64,000 nucleotides of DNA from an uncultured Verrucomicrobiae bacterium (GCA_963706955.1 CAVPOC010000008.1:608001-672000), one strand, 5' to 3'; positions 10,862-20,988 are shown, counted from the first letter of the stretch. Made by a program: numbers and translations. Notes: a model not told the origin generated them from the letters alone.

Positions 10862-11475
10862 GTCTCGTTTACAATATCTTTTACAACCTGGCGAAGCTCT
10901 TCGCCCGATGCTTTTTCTCGATGCAGGTCGTCCACCCCGAACGGATGATCGAGGAGGGACCGCTCATCCTCGCGGTCAATCACTCCAGCTTCTTCGATCC
11001 GCCTCTGGCTGGGATTTGTTCACGCCGCGCCGTCTACTATCTGGCACGCAAGAATTTGCTGGAATGGCCGCTGCTCGGACCCCTCTTTCCCTCAATGAAT
11101 GTCATCCCGGTCGAGCGGGAAGGTAACGATATGTCGGCCTTGCGCGAGGTCATCAAAAAGATTCGAGAGGGGAATGGCGTACTACTTTTTCCGGAGGGCA
11201 CCCGTTCAAAGGATGGAAACTTACAACCGGCGCGGGCTGGCATTGGGCTCGTCATCTCCAAGACGCTGGCTCCGGTCATGCCGATGCGCATCTTCGGCGC
11301 ATACCAGGCATTTCCCAAGGGCTCGCGCGCCCTGAATCTGACGAAGATTACGGTGGTGATTGGAGAGCCGCTCCGCTTCAGCCCGCAAGAAGTTACTCCT
11401 GCCAACCGCGAAACATATCAACGGCTTGGCGATCGGGTGATGACAGCAATCTCTGCGATCGAGATGGAGGGTTAG
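10858..11475 (+). CDS. plsC: 1-acyl-sn-glycerol-3-phosphate acyltransferase
   Basis: NHSSFFD and FPEGTRS motifs; follows cmk. Confidence 0.9.
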   Translation: MSLVYNIFYNLAKLFARCFFSMQVVHPERMIEEGPLILAVNHSSFFDPPLAGICSRRAVYYLARKNLLEWPLLGPLFPSMNVIPVEREGNDMSALREVIKKIREGNGVLLFPEGTRSKDGNLQPARAGIGLVISKTLAPVMPMRIFGAYQAFPKGSRALNLTKITVVIGEPLRFSPQEVTPANRETYQRLGDRVMTAISAIEMEG

Positions 11476-11547
11476 GCACTTGCTGCGTTAAACCATCTAC
11501 TCGGCGCTGAGCGGTTCTCACCGGGAGGAGAGCTGCCGACAAACGCA

Positions 11548-12414
11548 ATGGCCCTTCTCGAGGCAATTGAAACTTACCCGCTGTGTGGAGACGGCGCCAT
11601 CGCGACGCTGCTCCAGGAGCGCGGCGCGGCGGAGGAGGAATGTCTCGAGGCACTCTGCATCTCCCGCCCCGACCTAATCAGAGAGATTCACGCCGACTAT
11701 GTGAAGGGGGGCGCGCACATTATCAGAACCAACACCTTTGGAGCAAATGCCGTCCAATTGCGACGGCATGGACTTTCCGACCGCGTGAATGAAATTAACT
11801 GGCAGGCGGCCCAACTGGCCAGACAGGCTGCCAAGGGAGCTTTCGTGGCAGGCAGCGTTGGTCCGCTGGGGATTTCTTCCTCCGAAGCCGAGCACGAAGG
11901 TATGGATCGCGAGGAGTGTTTTCGGACGCAGATCGGGGCGCTGCTCGAAGGGGGAGTCGATTTGATCTTCCTCCAAACATTTCAAGACGTCGACGAGCTG
12001 CTCGTCGCCCTGCATGTCAAGCAGTCGCTCCATCACTGTCCGGCGATTTGCTCGTTCGCGGCAAGTGACGGCGACCTGCTTCCTGGCAGCGTCCCTCTGA
12101 AAGTCGCCTTCGAAAAGTTGGTTCGCCACGATGCCGAGATTCTTGGTGTCGATTGCATTAATGGTGCTGAGGTCGCCTTGAGGTTTGTGGAGAAACTGGT
12201 GCCGTCGGAGCTACCTTTGGCGATCTACCCAAATGCGAGCGCGCCGGGGTATTTTCATGGTCGCTACGGCTCTGACTTATCGCCGGCAGCGTTCGCTCAA
12301 ATGGGCCTCGCTCTGGCGCAAAGCGGCGTAGCCATTATTGGTGGATGTTGCGGGACCACGCCAGCCCACATCGCTGCTCTGAGCAGGGCCTTGGCTGACG
12401 CACGCGACGACTGA
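11548..12414 (+). CDS. Homocysteine S-methyltransferase family protein (stand-alone domain)
   Basis: IRTNTFGAN, VAGSVGP, GVDC and GGCCG zinc ligands. Confidence 0.88.
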   Translation: MALLEAIETYPLCGDGAIATLLQERGAAEEECLEALCISRPDLIREIHADYVKGGAHIIRTNTFGANAVQLRRHGLSDRVNEINWQAAQLARQAAKGAFVAGSVGPLGISSSEAEHEGMDREECFRTQIGALLEGGVDLIFLQTFQDVDELLVALHVKQSLHHCPAICSFAASDGDLLPGSVPLKVAFEKLVRHDAEILGVDCINGAEVALRFVEKLVPSELPLAIYPNASAPGYFHGRYGSDLSPAAFAQMGLALAQSGVAIIGGCCGTTPAHIAALSRALADARDD

Positions 12415-12458
12415 TCCCCCCAACGTGAAAATGGTATAGGCGAACTTGGACGAATCGA

Positions 12459-12485
12459 AGGGGCGCTTGGCGCAAGTGCCTCCAC
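12459..12485 (-). repeat. REP-like hairpin or bidirectional terminator between convergent genes
   Basis: GGCGCTTG-GCG-CAAGTGCC stem followed by TCCAC (GTGGA on - strand). Confidence 0.4.
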
Positions 12486-12505
12486 AAAATTTAAATCCGT
12501 CGAAT

Positions 12506-13540
12506 TTACCCTTTCGATGCGACGTCCACCAGGCCAAGTCCCGGACGATCTGAAAGCACCAATCGGTCTCCGTGAATGCCGAAACCGATCATCGGCGCCG
12601 CCGGGATTGCCTCCGGGGGATCGATGTCCAGCCAATCAGCCAGGGGCGCCAGTTGCGCGGCGGCAGTGCGCGCAATTCCAGTCTCGACCATGACGCCTAC
12701 CATCACCATCATACCAAGCTCGCGAGCCAGCGAAATCCAATCGAGTGCGGCCCCGAAACTACCGGCCTTGAGAAGCTTTACATTCGCGCCATCGACTAGG
12801 CCCCGCAGCCTCGCAAGATCCTGCTGCTCTTGCAGGGATTCATCAGCGATAAGCGGAGAAATCCTTCCCTGAGCCATTCGGGTTCGAAGCTCCCGCCATT
12901 CTTCGATTCCTCGACCGACTGGCTGCTCGACGAAAGCAATGTTCAGCTCGCCAAGTTTAGGAAGAATTTGTGCCGCCTGGACGGGCGTCCATCCCCCATT
13001 GACGTCGAGGCCAAGACGAATATTCCGCGCAACGGCAAGGCGAATGCATCGGCTATCCCACGCAAGGTCTCCGCTGCCGGTCTTCAGCTTGATAGAGGTC
13101 GAGTTGTGTGAAATGGCCTCATCGAGCAGCTCGCAAAGTTCGTGCTCGCTGCTGGCCATGGAAACAGTTCTCCAGCATGCGGGAATCGCGGCGGGGTTCA
13201 ATCCCCATAGCTGCCATAATGGCTTCCCGACCTTCCGAGCTTTTAAATCTTGCAGAGCAATGTCGAGCGCAACATGCCCGGCCGCAGCTTCTGCTGGAGC
13301 CCCGCAGGCGCACTCCCTTTCCCACGCAGCAAGATCGCCCTTTCGCCCAATCGAGTTCAGCCAGCTCAGTGAAGCTTCCGCCGTTGAAGGATAGTATGGT
13401 GGCAAAGCCCCTTCGCCATGAGCCTCGATACCTTCGGCATGGATGTGGACCAGGATGGTTTCTCGCGTCTGGCTTGAACCGTGCGCAATACGGAAGGGTC
13501 GTGGAAGCTTGATGGTGAATTGTTCGGCCTCGAGTTTCAT
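12506..13540 (-). CDS. Dipeptide epimerase (L-Ala-D/L-Glu epimerase, enolase superfamily)
   Basis: IKLK, DVN, EQP, ADE, NVKL, DID motifs; ATGA overlap with the upstream peptidase. Confidence 0.88.
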   Translation of the reverse strand: MKLEAEQFTIKLPRPFRIAHGSSQTRETILVHIHAEGIEAHGEGALPPYYPSTAEASLSWLNSIGRKGDLAAWERECACGAPAEAAAGHVALDIALQDLKARKVGKPLWQLWGLNPAAIPACWRTVSMASSEHELCELLDEAISHNSTSIKLKTGSGDLAWDSRCIRLAVARNIRLGLDVNGGWTPVQAAQILPKLGELNIAFVEQPVGRGIEEWRELRTRMAQGRISPLIADESLQEQQDLARLRGLVDGANVKLLKAGSFGAALDWISLARELGMMVMVGVMVETGIARTAAAQLAPLADWLDIDPPEAIPAAPMIGFGIHGDRLVLSDRPGLGLVDVASKG

Positions 13541-14772
13541 CGACGCGCGAGCTCGCGTATCGCTGCGACATTGACGGCGCCCATCTCGAGAAATGAAGAC
13601 ACGACCACACACTCGGGCAGTTTCGAGCCATCGGGATTGCGCTCCGAGGAATGCCCGTTCAAGCCAAAGGGTCCGAGCCCGTCCAAGGTAGACACAAAGC
13701 GGGACAGATAGTTTCCGTCGCTCAGGCCACCGCGGGGCTCAGCCCGCAGCGGCAGTCGAAGCGTGTGCGCCGTCTGCATCCAGAGCTCGATCAAATCGTC
13801 GGTCTTGGCGCTCTGCGGCCAGGCAGGATTTCGATTCAGCAACTCAACTTTCACCCGACAAGCGTAGCCGTCGCTGACGGCACGGACAGAAGCGGGCTCA
13901 CCCTCCAAAGCAAACATCGCATCAATCGCGGCCTGAAGAATCGCCTCATCGAACGCGCGAATGTTGACTCCGCATTCTGCGAAGTGTGGCACCCGATTGA
14001 CGGGGCCGCCTCCCTTGATGGATCCGACGTTCACCGTCAGCTCTCGCGAATAGTCGGTTAAGTGCGTTATCCGATCGATCACTTGCGCGATTTCGACGAT
14101 CGCGTTCGCGCCCTCACGATGCCGGCTTCCGGCATGGGCACCCCGACCTTCCACGTAGACGCGCATGTTGGCGGATCCCTTGCGGCAACGCACCAGGCTC
14201 ATTCCTCCGCCTGAACCACCGCACGCTTCAAAGACCAACGCTGCGCGGCATTCACGTGGCATCCGCGCGCGGCATAATTGCGGGAAATCGCGCACCAGTT
14301 CTTCTTCCGCGGCATTAGCCGCAATCTGCCACGAGAGACTCTCAAAGACTTCCGGCGCGAAGTTGCGCAAGGCAGAGAGGACAAGCCAGATCATCACCGT
14401 GCCGCCCTTGTTGTCGTTGACTCCGGGACCGTAAATGCGTCCGTCTTCAACCTGCCAGCTGAAGCCGTGCCTTTTCTCCTCCTCTTCCGGATACACGGTA
14501 TCCAGGTGAGTTACTAGCATCACCCCGGTTCTGCCGTTTCCGGAACGCCGAAGGAACTGGTGATCCCCAAAGCGCGGATTCTCCGCCGGGACACGCTCCT
14601 CCGCGAACCCCAGCTCTCGAAACTGTGCCGCCACGAGCTCCGCGTTGCGAAGCACGCCAGCCCGGTTGCCCGTGAAGCTATTCACTGCCACCAATCTCTC
14701 GAGAAACTTCAGGGCTTCCGGGAGATGGCGCTCGACTATCGATCGTAACGCAGCGAACTCTTCGACGTGCAC
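13537..14772 (-). CDS. M20 family metallopeptidase (glutamate carboxypeptidase-like)
   Basis: HLDTVY, GPGVNDNKGG, EEE, GRGAHAG, GGLSDGN, DGLGP. Confidence 0.9.
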   Translation of the reverse strand: MHVEEFAALRSIVERHLPEALKFLERLVAVNSFTGNRAGVLRNAELVAAQFRELGFAEERVPAENPRFGDHQFLRRSGNGRTGVMLVTHLDTVYPEEEEKRHGFSWQVEDGRIYGPGVNDNKGGTVMIWLVLSALRNFAPEVFESLSWQIAANAAEEELVRDFPQLCRARMPRECRAALVFEACGGSGGGMSLVRCRKGSANMRVYVEGRGAHAGSRHREGANAIVEIAQVIDRITHLTDYSRELTVNVGSIKGGGPVNRVPHFAECGVNIRAFDEAILQAAIDAMFALEGEPASVRAVSDGYACRVKVELLNRNPAWPQSAKTDDLIELWMQTAHTLRLPLRAEPRGGLSDGNYLSRFVSTLDGLGPFGLNGHSSERNPDGSKLPECVVVSSFLEMGAVNVAAIRELARR

Positions 14773-14821
14773 GAACTTTGATTGCCGGCAGCCGATTGGG
14801 TGCTACCGACGACCAACGGAC

Positions 14822-15082
14822 TCAAGTGGGTTTGAGAGCACGGTTGAGCGCACTCTTTCGTCGGTCAGCGCTATTCTTGTGAATGATCCCGCGTTTCGCC
14901 GCCCTATCAAGTGCCGCCGTAATCTTGGCAAACTCCGATTTTGCCTCATCGAGTTTCCCTGCCGCGACCGCGGCACGAACTTTCTTCTGTCCCGATTTGA
15001 GCGTACTGATCACGCTGGTATTGCGTGCCCGGCGGGTGACGCCTTGGCGCGCGCGTTTGGCTGCAGATTTGATGTTTGCCAT
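14822..15082 (-). CDS. rpsT: 30S ribosomal protein S20
   Basis: MANIKSAAKRARQ...LDRAAKRGIIHKNSADRRKS. Confidence 0.97.
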   Translation of the reverse strand: MANIKSAAKRARQGVTRRARNTSVISTLKSGQKKVRAAVAAGKLDEAKSEFAKITAALDRAAKRGIIHKNSADRRKSALNRALKPT

Positions 15083-15139
15083 GGAGTAAAGTGGAAGTTG
15101 AGGATGCGAAAGTCGAGCAAGATTCGTGGTTGCGGCAAG

Positions 15140-15211
15140 TGCCAGAGGAGGGATTTGAACCCCCGACCAAGGGCTTATGAGTCCCCTGCTCTACCTCTGA
15201 GCTACTCTGGC
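15140..15211 (-). tRNA. tRNA with CAT anticodon, probably tRNA-Ile2 (lysidine-modified); elongator Met not excluded
   Basis: GCCAGAGTAGCTCAGAGGTAGAGCAGGGGACTCATAAGCCCTTGGTCGGGGGTTCAAATCCCTCCTCTGGCA cloverleaf; CCA not encoded. Confidence 0.9.
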
Positions 15212-15599
15212 AAGTTATTCAAAGTCAATGTATAAAGCCTCGTATGTTTGCTGTCGCTCACCGCGCAAAGGTCGATGATCCGCGCCAGACCGGCCACCTC
15301 GCGCAGTTTATTGCCGCATGCGGTTCCCGCAACAGGAAACTTAGTGCATCTCGGCCAGCGTTCCCGAGCGATCCTCTATTCTGAGTTTCGAACGCCGCGA
15401 GCCATGAGCCAAGTAGATGCACGCCAGAATGACCTTCCAGCGGAAATCGACGCCTTGTCGGCTCCACCTCCACCGGTGGTTGGCACAACCGCCTTTACAG
15501 ACTTTTCGAATTCACGCAGCGGTTCTTAGTTTAAGACGCCTTTCAACGTAACGCAGAAGTGTCACTCTTTGGACATTGTTCGTGTATCCTGCCTGATCG

Positions 15600-15992
15600 A
15601 TGTTTCTTTCGCTCGACTACCTCTATGTGCCGGCCCCCAACATTGACGCCGCAGTAGGTTATTACACCGAACAACTCGGCGGCGAACTCGTTTGGAAGAT
15701 CCATGCGTTCGACACGTGGGTCGCTGCGGTCCGACTCTCTGCAAGCGGGCCGATGGTGTTGCTCGCCGCTCATCTCCACGGGAACACTCCCATTTTGATC
15801 TATCGTGTCGAGCACCTTGAAAGCACTGTCGCTGCGCTGCACGCTCGGGGCTGGAGAGCGGAAAGCGGCCCATTCGAAATTCCCGACGGGCCGTGCTACA
15901 CGTTTCGTGATCCAGAAGGCCTTCGATTGGCCATCTACGAAAATCAGCGTCCGGATGTCGCCAAGCAGTTCGTCGGCCGCATCGACCGCTAG
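15600..15992 (+). CDS. VOC/glyoxalase family protein
   Basis: LDYLYVP...AVGYY; GPFEIPDGPCYTFRDPEG. Confidence 0.85.
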   Translation: MFLSLDYLYVPAPNIDAAVGYYTEQLGGELVWKIHAFDTWVAAVRLSASGPMVLLAAHLHGNTPILIYRVEHLESTVAALHARGWRAESGPFEIPDGPCYTFRDPEGLRLAIYENQRPDVAKQFVGRIDR

Positions 15993-16086
15993 AATTGAAG
16001 CCGAGAGCAAGTCTCGCTTAGCAAAGCAGGCACCGGCCAGCAGAAGTTTATTGTCTAAGCCCTAATGTGAGTGCTTCACACTGACC

Positions 16087-17169
16087 TCACTCGTGAACCA
16101 AAGCACCATCTCCGATCAGGCACTTGTAGGCTTTTCCATCATGGCCCGTTCTCTCGAAGTACTCGGCTTCCACTGACTTGGCGATGTCGTCAATCGCACT
16201 CAAGGAGACCAGCGCGACGATAGCGCCACCGAAGCCTCCGCCGGTAAGCCGCGCGCCGTAGACGCCCTCCCGGGCGCAGGAGATTTCCACGAGGGCATCG
16301 AGCTCCGGGGTGCTGTTCTCGAAGTTTTCTATCGAGCTACGATGCGACTCTCGCATCAGCTTGCCCAGAGCGACCACGTCATGGCGCTTGAGATGGTCGA
16401 CCGCCTGAAAAACGCGTTCATTCTCGCCGATGATATGTGCGGCGCGGCGCTTGACTAAGGCCGGCATCACGGCCGCCGCGAGTTGCTCGCTCGTCGCGTC
16501 ACGCAGGGCGCGAACTCCCAGAATCTCGGCAGCCTCGAAACACTGATCACGACGTTCATTGTACTCTCCCCCGGAGAGGGCATGCTTGACACCAGAATGG
16601 ACAACCAACAGTCCAACCTCAGGAGGAAACGGCAAGGTTTCGACGGTCTCCGCGCGGCAATCCAGAAAAATGGCGTGATCCTTTTCCCCGAAGATGGACG
16701 ATACCTGGTCCAGCAAGCCGCAACTAACGCCGACATATTCGTTCTCCGCCTTGCGGCAGAGTCTGGCCAGATCAATGGGCGGCACCTGAAAATTAAAGAG
16801 CCGTGTCAAGAGCACAGCCATGCTCACTTCGATAGCGGCCGAACTCGAAAGCCCTGCCCCGAGAGGGAGATTGCTGGAGAAATTCGCCTCGAATCCGGCA
16901 ACCGGAAAACCATTATCGTGCAGGACTTTTGCCACCCCCAATGGGTAATCCGCCCAACTGTCATTTGGAGCTAAGGTCTCCAAATCAGCGTTAACCACCC
17001 CCGAGAGGCCTTCACTTGTGAGACGGATCTTCTCGTCGTTTCGCGTTCGCCCTCGGGCGGCAATCCCAAGGTTAATAGCCACAGAAAGAACCACGCCACC
17101 GTTGTAGTCAGTGTGGTTGCCAAGAAGCTCGACGCGCCCAGGCGCAAAGGAAGAGGCCGACTGCATCAT
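16087..17169 (-). CDS. galK: Galactokinase
   Basis: APGRVELLGNHTDYN, PLGAGLSSSAA, CGLLDQ, GARLTGGGFGG. Confidence 0.93.
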   Translation of the reverse strand: MMQSASSFAPGRVELLGNHTDYNGGVVLSVAINLGIAARGRTRNDEKIRLTSEGLSGVVNADLETLAPNDSWADYPLGVAKVLHDNGFPVAGFEANFSSNLPLGAGLSSSAAIEVSMAVLLTRLFNFQVPPIDLARLCRKAENEYVGVSCGLLDQVSSIFGEKDHAIFLDCRAETVETLPFPPEVGLLVVHSGVKHALSGGEYNERRDQCFEAAEILGVRALRDATSEQLAAAVMPALVKRRAAHIIGENERVFQAVDHLKRHDVVALGKLMRESHRSSIENFENSTPELDALVEISCAREGVYGARLTGGGFGGAIVALVSLSAIDDIAKSVEAEYFERTGHDGKAYKCLIGDGALVHE

Positions 17170-17267
17170 CTATCCGCTACATGATTCCGCCGATAACGAC
17201 AATAGCGGGATCAAGCTTGCCAATGCCCAACCTTCTGGCAGATTCGATTTAGAAACTTATAAGGGAT

Positions 17268-17702
17268 ATGTCCGAGACAAATAGCGAGCAAACAGGCAAC
17301 GTTGGTAGCGAGCAAACAACCAATTCTCCGCAGGATAAATTGGGCAGCAGCGCCGAGCACGCCAAGCAAGCGCTCAGCGCGGCCACCGAAGCCACCAAGG
17401 CGGTCAGCGAAACCGTCAAAAAACAGGCGCAGTCCGCCTACGAAGTAGGCCGCGAGCACCTGACGGCGGCGGCCAAGGATGTCAGCGAGGCGGCCACGGC
17501 AAAATATGCAGAGCTGCGTGGGCAGGCCAGGACAGTCGCTGATCAATACAAAGGCCGCGCTCAAGGCGCGTTGAGCGATGCTTCCGTGAAGGCTTCCAAT
17601 TTCCAGACCGATGCGGAGAGTTACATCCGGAGTTATCCCCTCAAAGCGATGGGGATCGCCGTCGGAATTGGCTTTGTCCTTGGAGTAATCTTCCGCCGCT
17701 AA
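17268..17702 (+). CDS. DUF883 / ElaB-YqjD family tail-anchored protein
   Basis: Ala-rich helical body; C-terminal YIRSYPLKAMGIAVGIGFVLGVIFRR. Confidence 0.85.
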   Translation: MSETNSEQTGNVGSEQTTNSPQDKLGSSAEHAKQALSAATEATKAVSETVKKQAQSAYEVGREHLTAAAKDVSEAATAKYAELRGQARTVADQYKGRAQGALSDASVKASNFQTDAESYIRSYPLKAMGIAVGIGFVLGVIFRR

Positions 17703-17714
17703 CCTCTTCACAGG

Positions 17715-18135
17715 ATGGCGGAAACTGTATTACCGCCTTCCGCCGACGAGCGGGAGCCGCCACAAGGCGCTGTGCCTGAGGTCCTTCGATTCGCAGGGAC
17801 CTTTGGGCGACATGTTCAGGGACTGGTTCAGCTCGCCAGCATCGAGAGTAAAGAGGCCGCCATGGTCGGCGTGCGGCTGCTCGCTCTCCTGATCGCGAGC
17901 ATTGTTCTGGCCGTCTTCGGCTACGTGCTCATCCTGCTCTTTATCGCCTTTCTGTTGGCCATTGTCTTTGGCGTATCTTGGCTCTGGATTTCGCTTGGCC
18001 TTGCCCTGCTGCATTTCGCGGGATTGGCGATTTGCGCTTTTCTCGCAATGAAGGTCTCTGCGTTCTCCGTTCTTCAAGGCGACCGCTGCGGAGTTGAAGC
18101 GTGATTTCGAAGCCTTGAAGACTTTCGGATCATGA
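17715..18135 (+). CDS. YqjE-like (phage holin superfamily) membrane protein with a +1 frameshift near 18053
   Basis: Two TM helices; the alternative frame gives LRSPFFKATAAELKRDFEALKTFGS*, whose stop forms an ATGA overlap with the next gene. Confidence 0.8.
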
Positions 18136-18515
18136 CCAAGGACGAAATTTTGGCCGAACTCTCGAGAAGTCGCGCGGGACTGACCCGGGAATGGGTGGCC
18201 TTGCGCAGGGAATTCGACTTCAAAGCCAAGCTCAACAACATCGTTCGTCGCAAGCCCTACGTTTGGCTCAGCGGCGCAGCGGCTCTCGGTTGGGTGCTGG
18301 CCGGCCCGAAAAGCAAAACGCGCGTCGTCACCAAAGTGATTCAGCCGGATGCTGAGGGCAAACCAGTTGTGGTGAAAGAAAAAGGAAGGCGTCGTGCCGG
18401 CTTGGTCGCCCTTCTTCTCGGCTTGATGCGATTCGCCCTTCCATTCGTCAGGCCTGCGGTGACGGCCTACGCCGGAAAATTCTTCGCCGACATGGCGACG
18501 AAACTTCCAAGGTAA
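18132..18515 (+). CDS. YqjK-like hypothetical protein
   Basis: Third gene of a yqjD-yqjE-yqjK-like cluster; basic with hydrophobic patches. Confidence 0.65.
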   Translation: MTKDEILAELSRSRAGLTREWVALRREFDFKAKLNNIVRRKPYVWLSGAAALGWVLAGPKSKTRVVTKVIQPDAEGKPVVVKEKGRRRAGLVALLLGLMRFALPFVRPAVTAYAGKFFADMATKLPR

Positions 18516-18599
18516 GTTCGGGGTGGCGGTCCCCGCCGCGCCAGGGCAAGAGGGAAATCGCTTCGGGAGAATCGAAACTTTGTCATTCAGGCGCTATTT

Positions 18600-19727
18600 G
18601 TGAGTCCTAACATTATTGATGAATCGAGAATTGAAGTCGTAGGAGAAGATCGAGCGACGACGCTCGATCATGTGGACCAATACTTAATGGTGGGAAAGGA
18701 GTCCGGCGCGTCGGATGTCCATCTGGCCGTTAATTCTCGGCCCTCGTGGCGACGGTTCGGTGACCTCGAGCCGATCTGGCTCAAGGCAGCTATCTTGACT
18801 GCTGCAGATACCGAGCGACTTGCCATCGGCTTTTTGGCGGAGTCGCAGTGGCGAATTCTCGCGGACCGCGGCGACGTTGATTTTGCGTATGCAAATTCTC
18901 TCGGACGGTTTCGCGCCAGCATCGTCAAGCAGCGACTCGGATACGATCTGACGTTCCGCATCATTAACAGCCAGGTGAAGACGATGAACGAGCTGGGATT
19001 GCCTGCGCAGCTCAAGCTCCTGACTCAATATCACAATGGTCTGGTGCTGGTGACCGGCTGTGTCGGCAGCGGAAAGAGCACGACGCTAGCGGCGCTCGTT
19101 GAAGAGGTCAACCTCACGAGGCGTGACCATATCATTACGCTTGAAGATCCGATCGAGTACCTCATTCCGTCCAAAAACTGCCAGGTCACCCAACGTGAAG
19201 TCCATACTCACACGACCTCATTCAGCGCGGCACTGCGAGGCGCATTGCGTGAGGATCCCGACGTGATCATGGTTGGCGAAATGCGTGACCTCGAGACAAT
19301 ATCGCTCGCGATCACAGCTTCCGAGACCGGCCATCTGGTCTTAGGCACACTTCATACGAGTAACGCTGCGCGGACCCTCGATCGCGTGCTGGACGTCTTT
19401 CCCAATGATCAGCGCGAACAGATTCGGATTATGGTCAGCGAGTCGCTGCGCGGGATCATCAGTCAGCAGCTTGTCCCTCGCGCGGATCATACCGGGCGGT
19501 GTCTCGCCATGGAAATCCTCATGAACAATCCAGCCGTAGGAAACCTCATTCGAGAAGGAAAGACTTTCATGCTTCCGGGTGTCATCCAAACAGGTAAGAA
19601 GCAAGGCATGATCCTGATGGATGATTCCCTCCTCCAGCTATGCGAGGCAGGTCTCATTTCTCCAGAGGAAGCCCTGTTTCGCGCGGAAGATAAGTCCACG
19701 ATGAGGCACACTTTGGGATTCAAATAG
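18600..19727 (+). CDS. pilT: PilT/PilU family type IV pilus retraction ATPase
   Basis: ASDVHL, GCVGSGKSTT, TLEDPIEY, LREDPDVIMVGEMRD, TGHLVLGTLHT. Confidence 0.93.
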   Translation: MSPNIIDESRIEVVGEDRATTLDHVDQYLMVGKESGASDVHLAVNSRPSWRRFGDLEPIWLKAAILTAADTERLAIGFLAESQWRILADRGDVDFAYANSLGRFRASIVKQRLGYDLTFRIINSQVKTMNELGLPAQLKLLTQYHNGLVLVTGCVGSGKSTTLAALVEEVNLTRRDHIITLEDPIEYLIPSKNCQVTQREVHTHTTSFSAALRGALREDPDVIMVGEMRDLETISLAITASETGHLVLGTLHTSNAARTLDRVLDVFPNDQREQIRIMVSESLRGIISQQLVPRADHTGRCLAMEILMNNPAVGNLIREGKTFMLPGVIQTGKKQGMILMDDSLLQLCEAGLISPEEALFRAEDKSTMRHTLGFK

Positions 19728-20876
19728 ATGCCCTATATCGACCATTTCTTTCAGGTCTTGATTGAAGCGGGAGGATCGGACCTCCACCTCGCGCAGGGTC
19801 AACCTCCGAAGATCCGCCGGCATGGCGAAATCCTGCCCATCCGGGACGAGCCGCTTACTCCGGAAGAGATGTCTTTCATGCTGAGCGAGATTTGTTCGGC
19901 GGCGCGCTGGCAGCGGTTCGAAGAACTTGGCGACTTAGATTTCGCCTACGAGATGGATGAAGAGAACCGCTTCCGGGTCAACTATCTCAAGCAAGTTCAT
20001 GGATATGGCGCTGTCTTCCGCATCATTCCGACGAGGATCAGGACGCTTGATGAGTTGGGAGTTCCACCGGTGGTCAAAACTTTCGGTGAAATGCGCGGAG
20101 GCATCGTTCTCGTAACGGGACCGACTGGCTCCGGAAAGAGCACCACGCTGGCCGCTTTGATGGACTACATCAATAGCAACTATTCCCGTCACATTATCAC
20201 CATCGAAGAACCCATTGAGTTTGTGCATCGCAACAAGCGCAGCATCATTACGCAGCGGGAGGTGCCGGAGCACTCCGTCACTTTCCCTGCAGGGCTGAAA
20301 GCCGCCCTGCGCGAGGATGCCGACATAGTGCTCGTCGGAGAGATGCGCGATTTGGAAACCATTTCCCTCGCTTTGACAGCGGCCGAAACCGGACTGCTCG
20401 TCTTTGGCACGCTCCATACCAATAACTCGCGCAAGACGGTTGACCGAATCATCGACGTCTTCCCGGCGGACCAACAAGCCCAGGTGCGCACAATGTTGGC
20501 GGCTTCGCTGCGCGGAGTCGTCGCTCAACTGCTCCTCAAGAGAGCCGACGGAGCAGGTCGAATCGCGGTACACGAGATTCTCGTCTCGAATAGCGCTGTC
20601 GCCGCCATCATTCGCGAAGGGGCAACTCAAAAACTTCAGGATGTAATCGTCGCAGGAAAAGGTGAGGGAATGCAATTCATGGACGACGCCATCTGGTCCG
20701 AACTCGTCGCGGGCAATACCTCACCGCACGAGGCTTACATGAAGGCCATCGATAAGCATCGCTTTAAGCCGTTCCTGCCCGCGGAAGAAGCGGACCTTGC
20801 GCTCGCGGCCGGAGCCTACGACGAACAACCCGCGAAAAACGAAAAGACGAGGCGGCCGTTGCTGGCCCGAAGGTAG
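19728..20876 (+). CDS. pilT: PilT/PilU family ATPase (second paralogue)
   Basis: GSDLHL, GPTGSGKSTT, TIEEPIEF, VGEMRD, GTLHT. Confidence 0.92.
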   Translation: MPYIDHFFQVLIEAGGSDLHLAQGQPPKIRRHGEILPIRDEPLTPEEMSFMLSEICSAARWQRFEELGDLDFAYEMDEENRFRVNYLKQVHGYGAVFRIIPTRIRTLDELGVPPVVKTFGEMRGGIVLVTGPTGSGKSTTLAALMDYINSNYSRHIITIEEPIEFVHRNKRSIITQREVPEHSVTFPAGLKAALREDADIVLVGEMRDLETISLALTAAETGLLVFGTLHTNNSRKTVDRIIDVFPADQQAQVRTMLAASLRGVVAQLLLKRADGAGRIAVHEILVSNSAVAAIIREGATQKLQDVIVAGKGEGMQFMDDAIWSELVAGNTSPHEAYMKAIDKHRFKPFLPAEEADLALAAGAYDEQPAKNEKTRRPLLARR

Positions 20877-20934
20877 CCGTTTTCAAAAAATTTGGTTGCT
20901 CTGAAAGCAGTGCGGCCGCAGGGCGAAGAATTAT

Positions 20935-20988
20935 TGTAGCGACCGTATCCCCACGGTCAGCGTCGCCGGCGGGGACACCTGCGCTACA
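20935..20988. repeat. Inverted REP-like doublet (REPIN-like)
   Basis: TGTAGCGACCGTATCCCCACGGTC ... GCCGGCGGGGACACCTGCGCTACA. Confidence 0.75.

Noticed and set aside
15212..16086. Genomic island or prophage at the CAT tRNA
   Set aside because: No integrase and no duplicated tRNA 3' end; the region lies on the 5' side of the tRNA and holds only a VOC gene.
17715..18135. Phage holin implying a prophage
   Set aside because: The yqjD-E-K-like context identifies a cellular family, and no phage genes are nearby.
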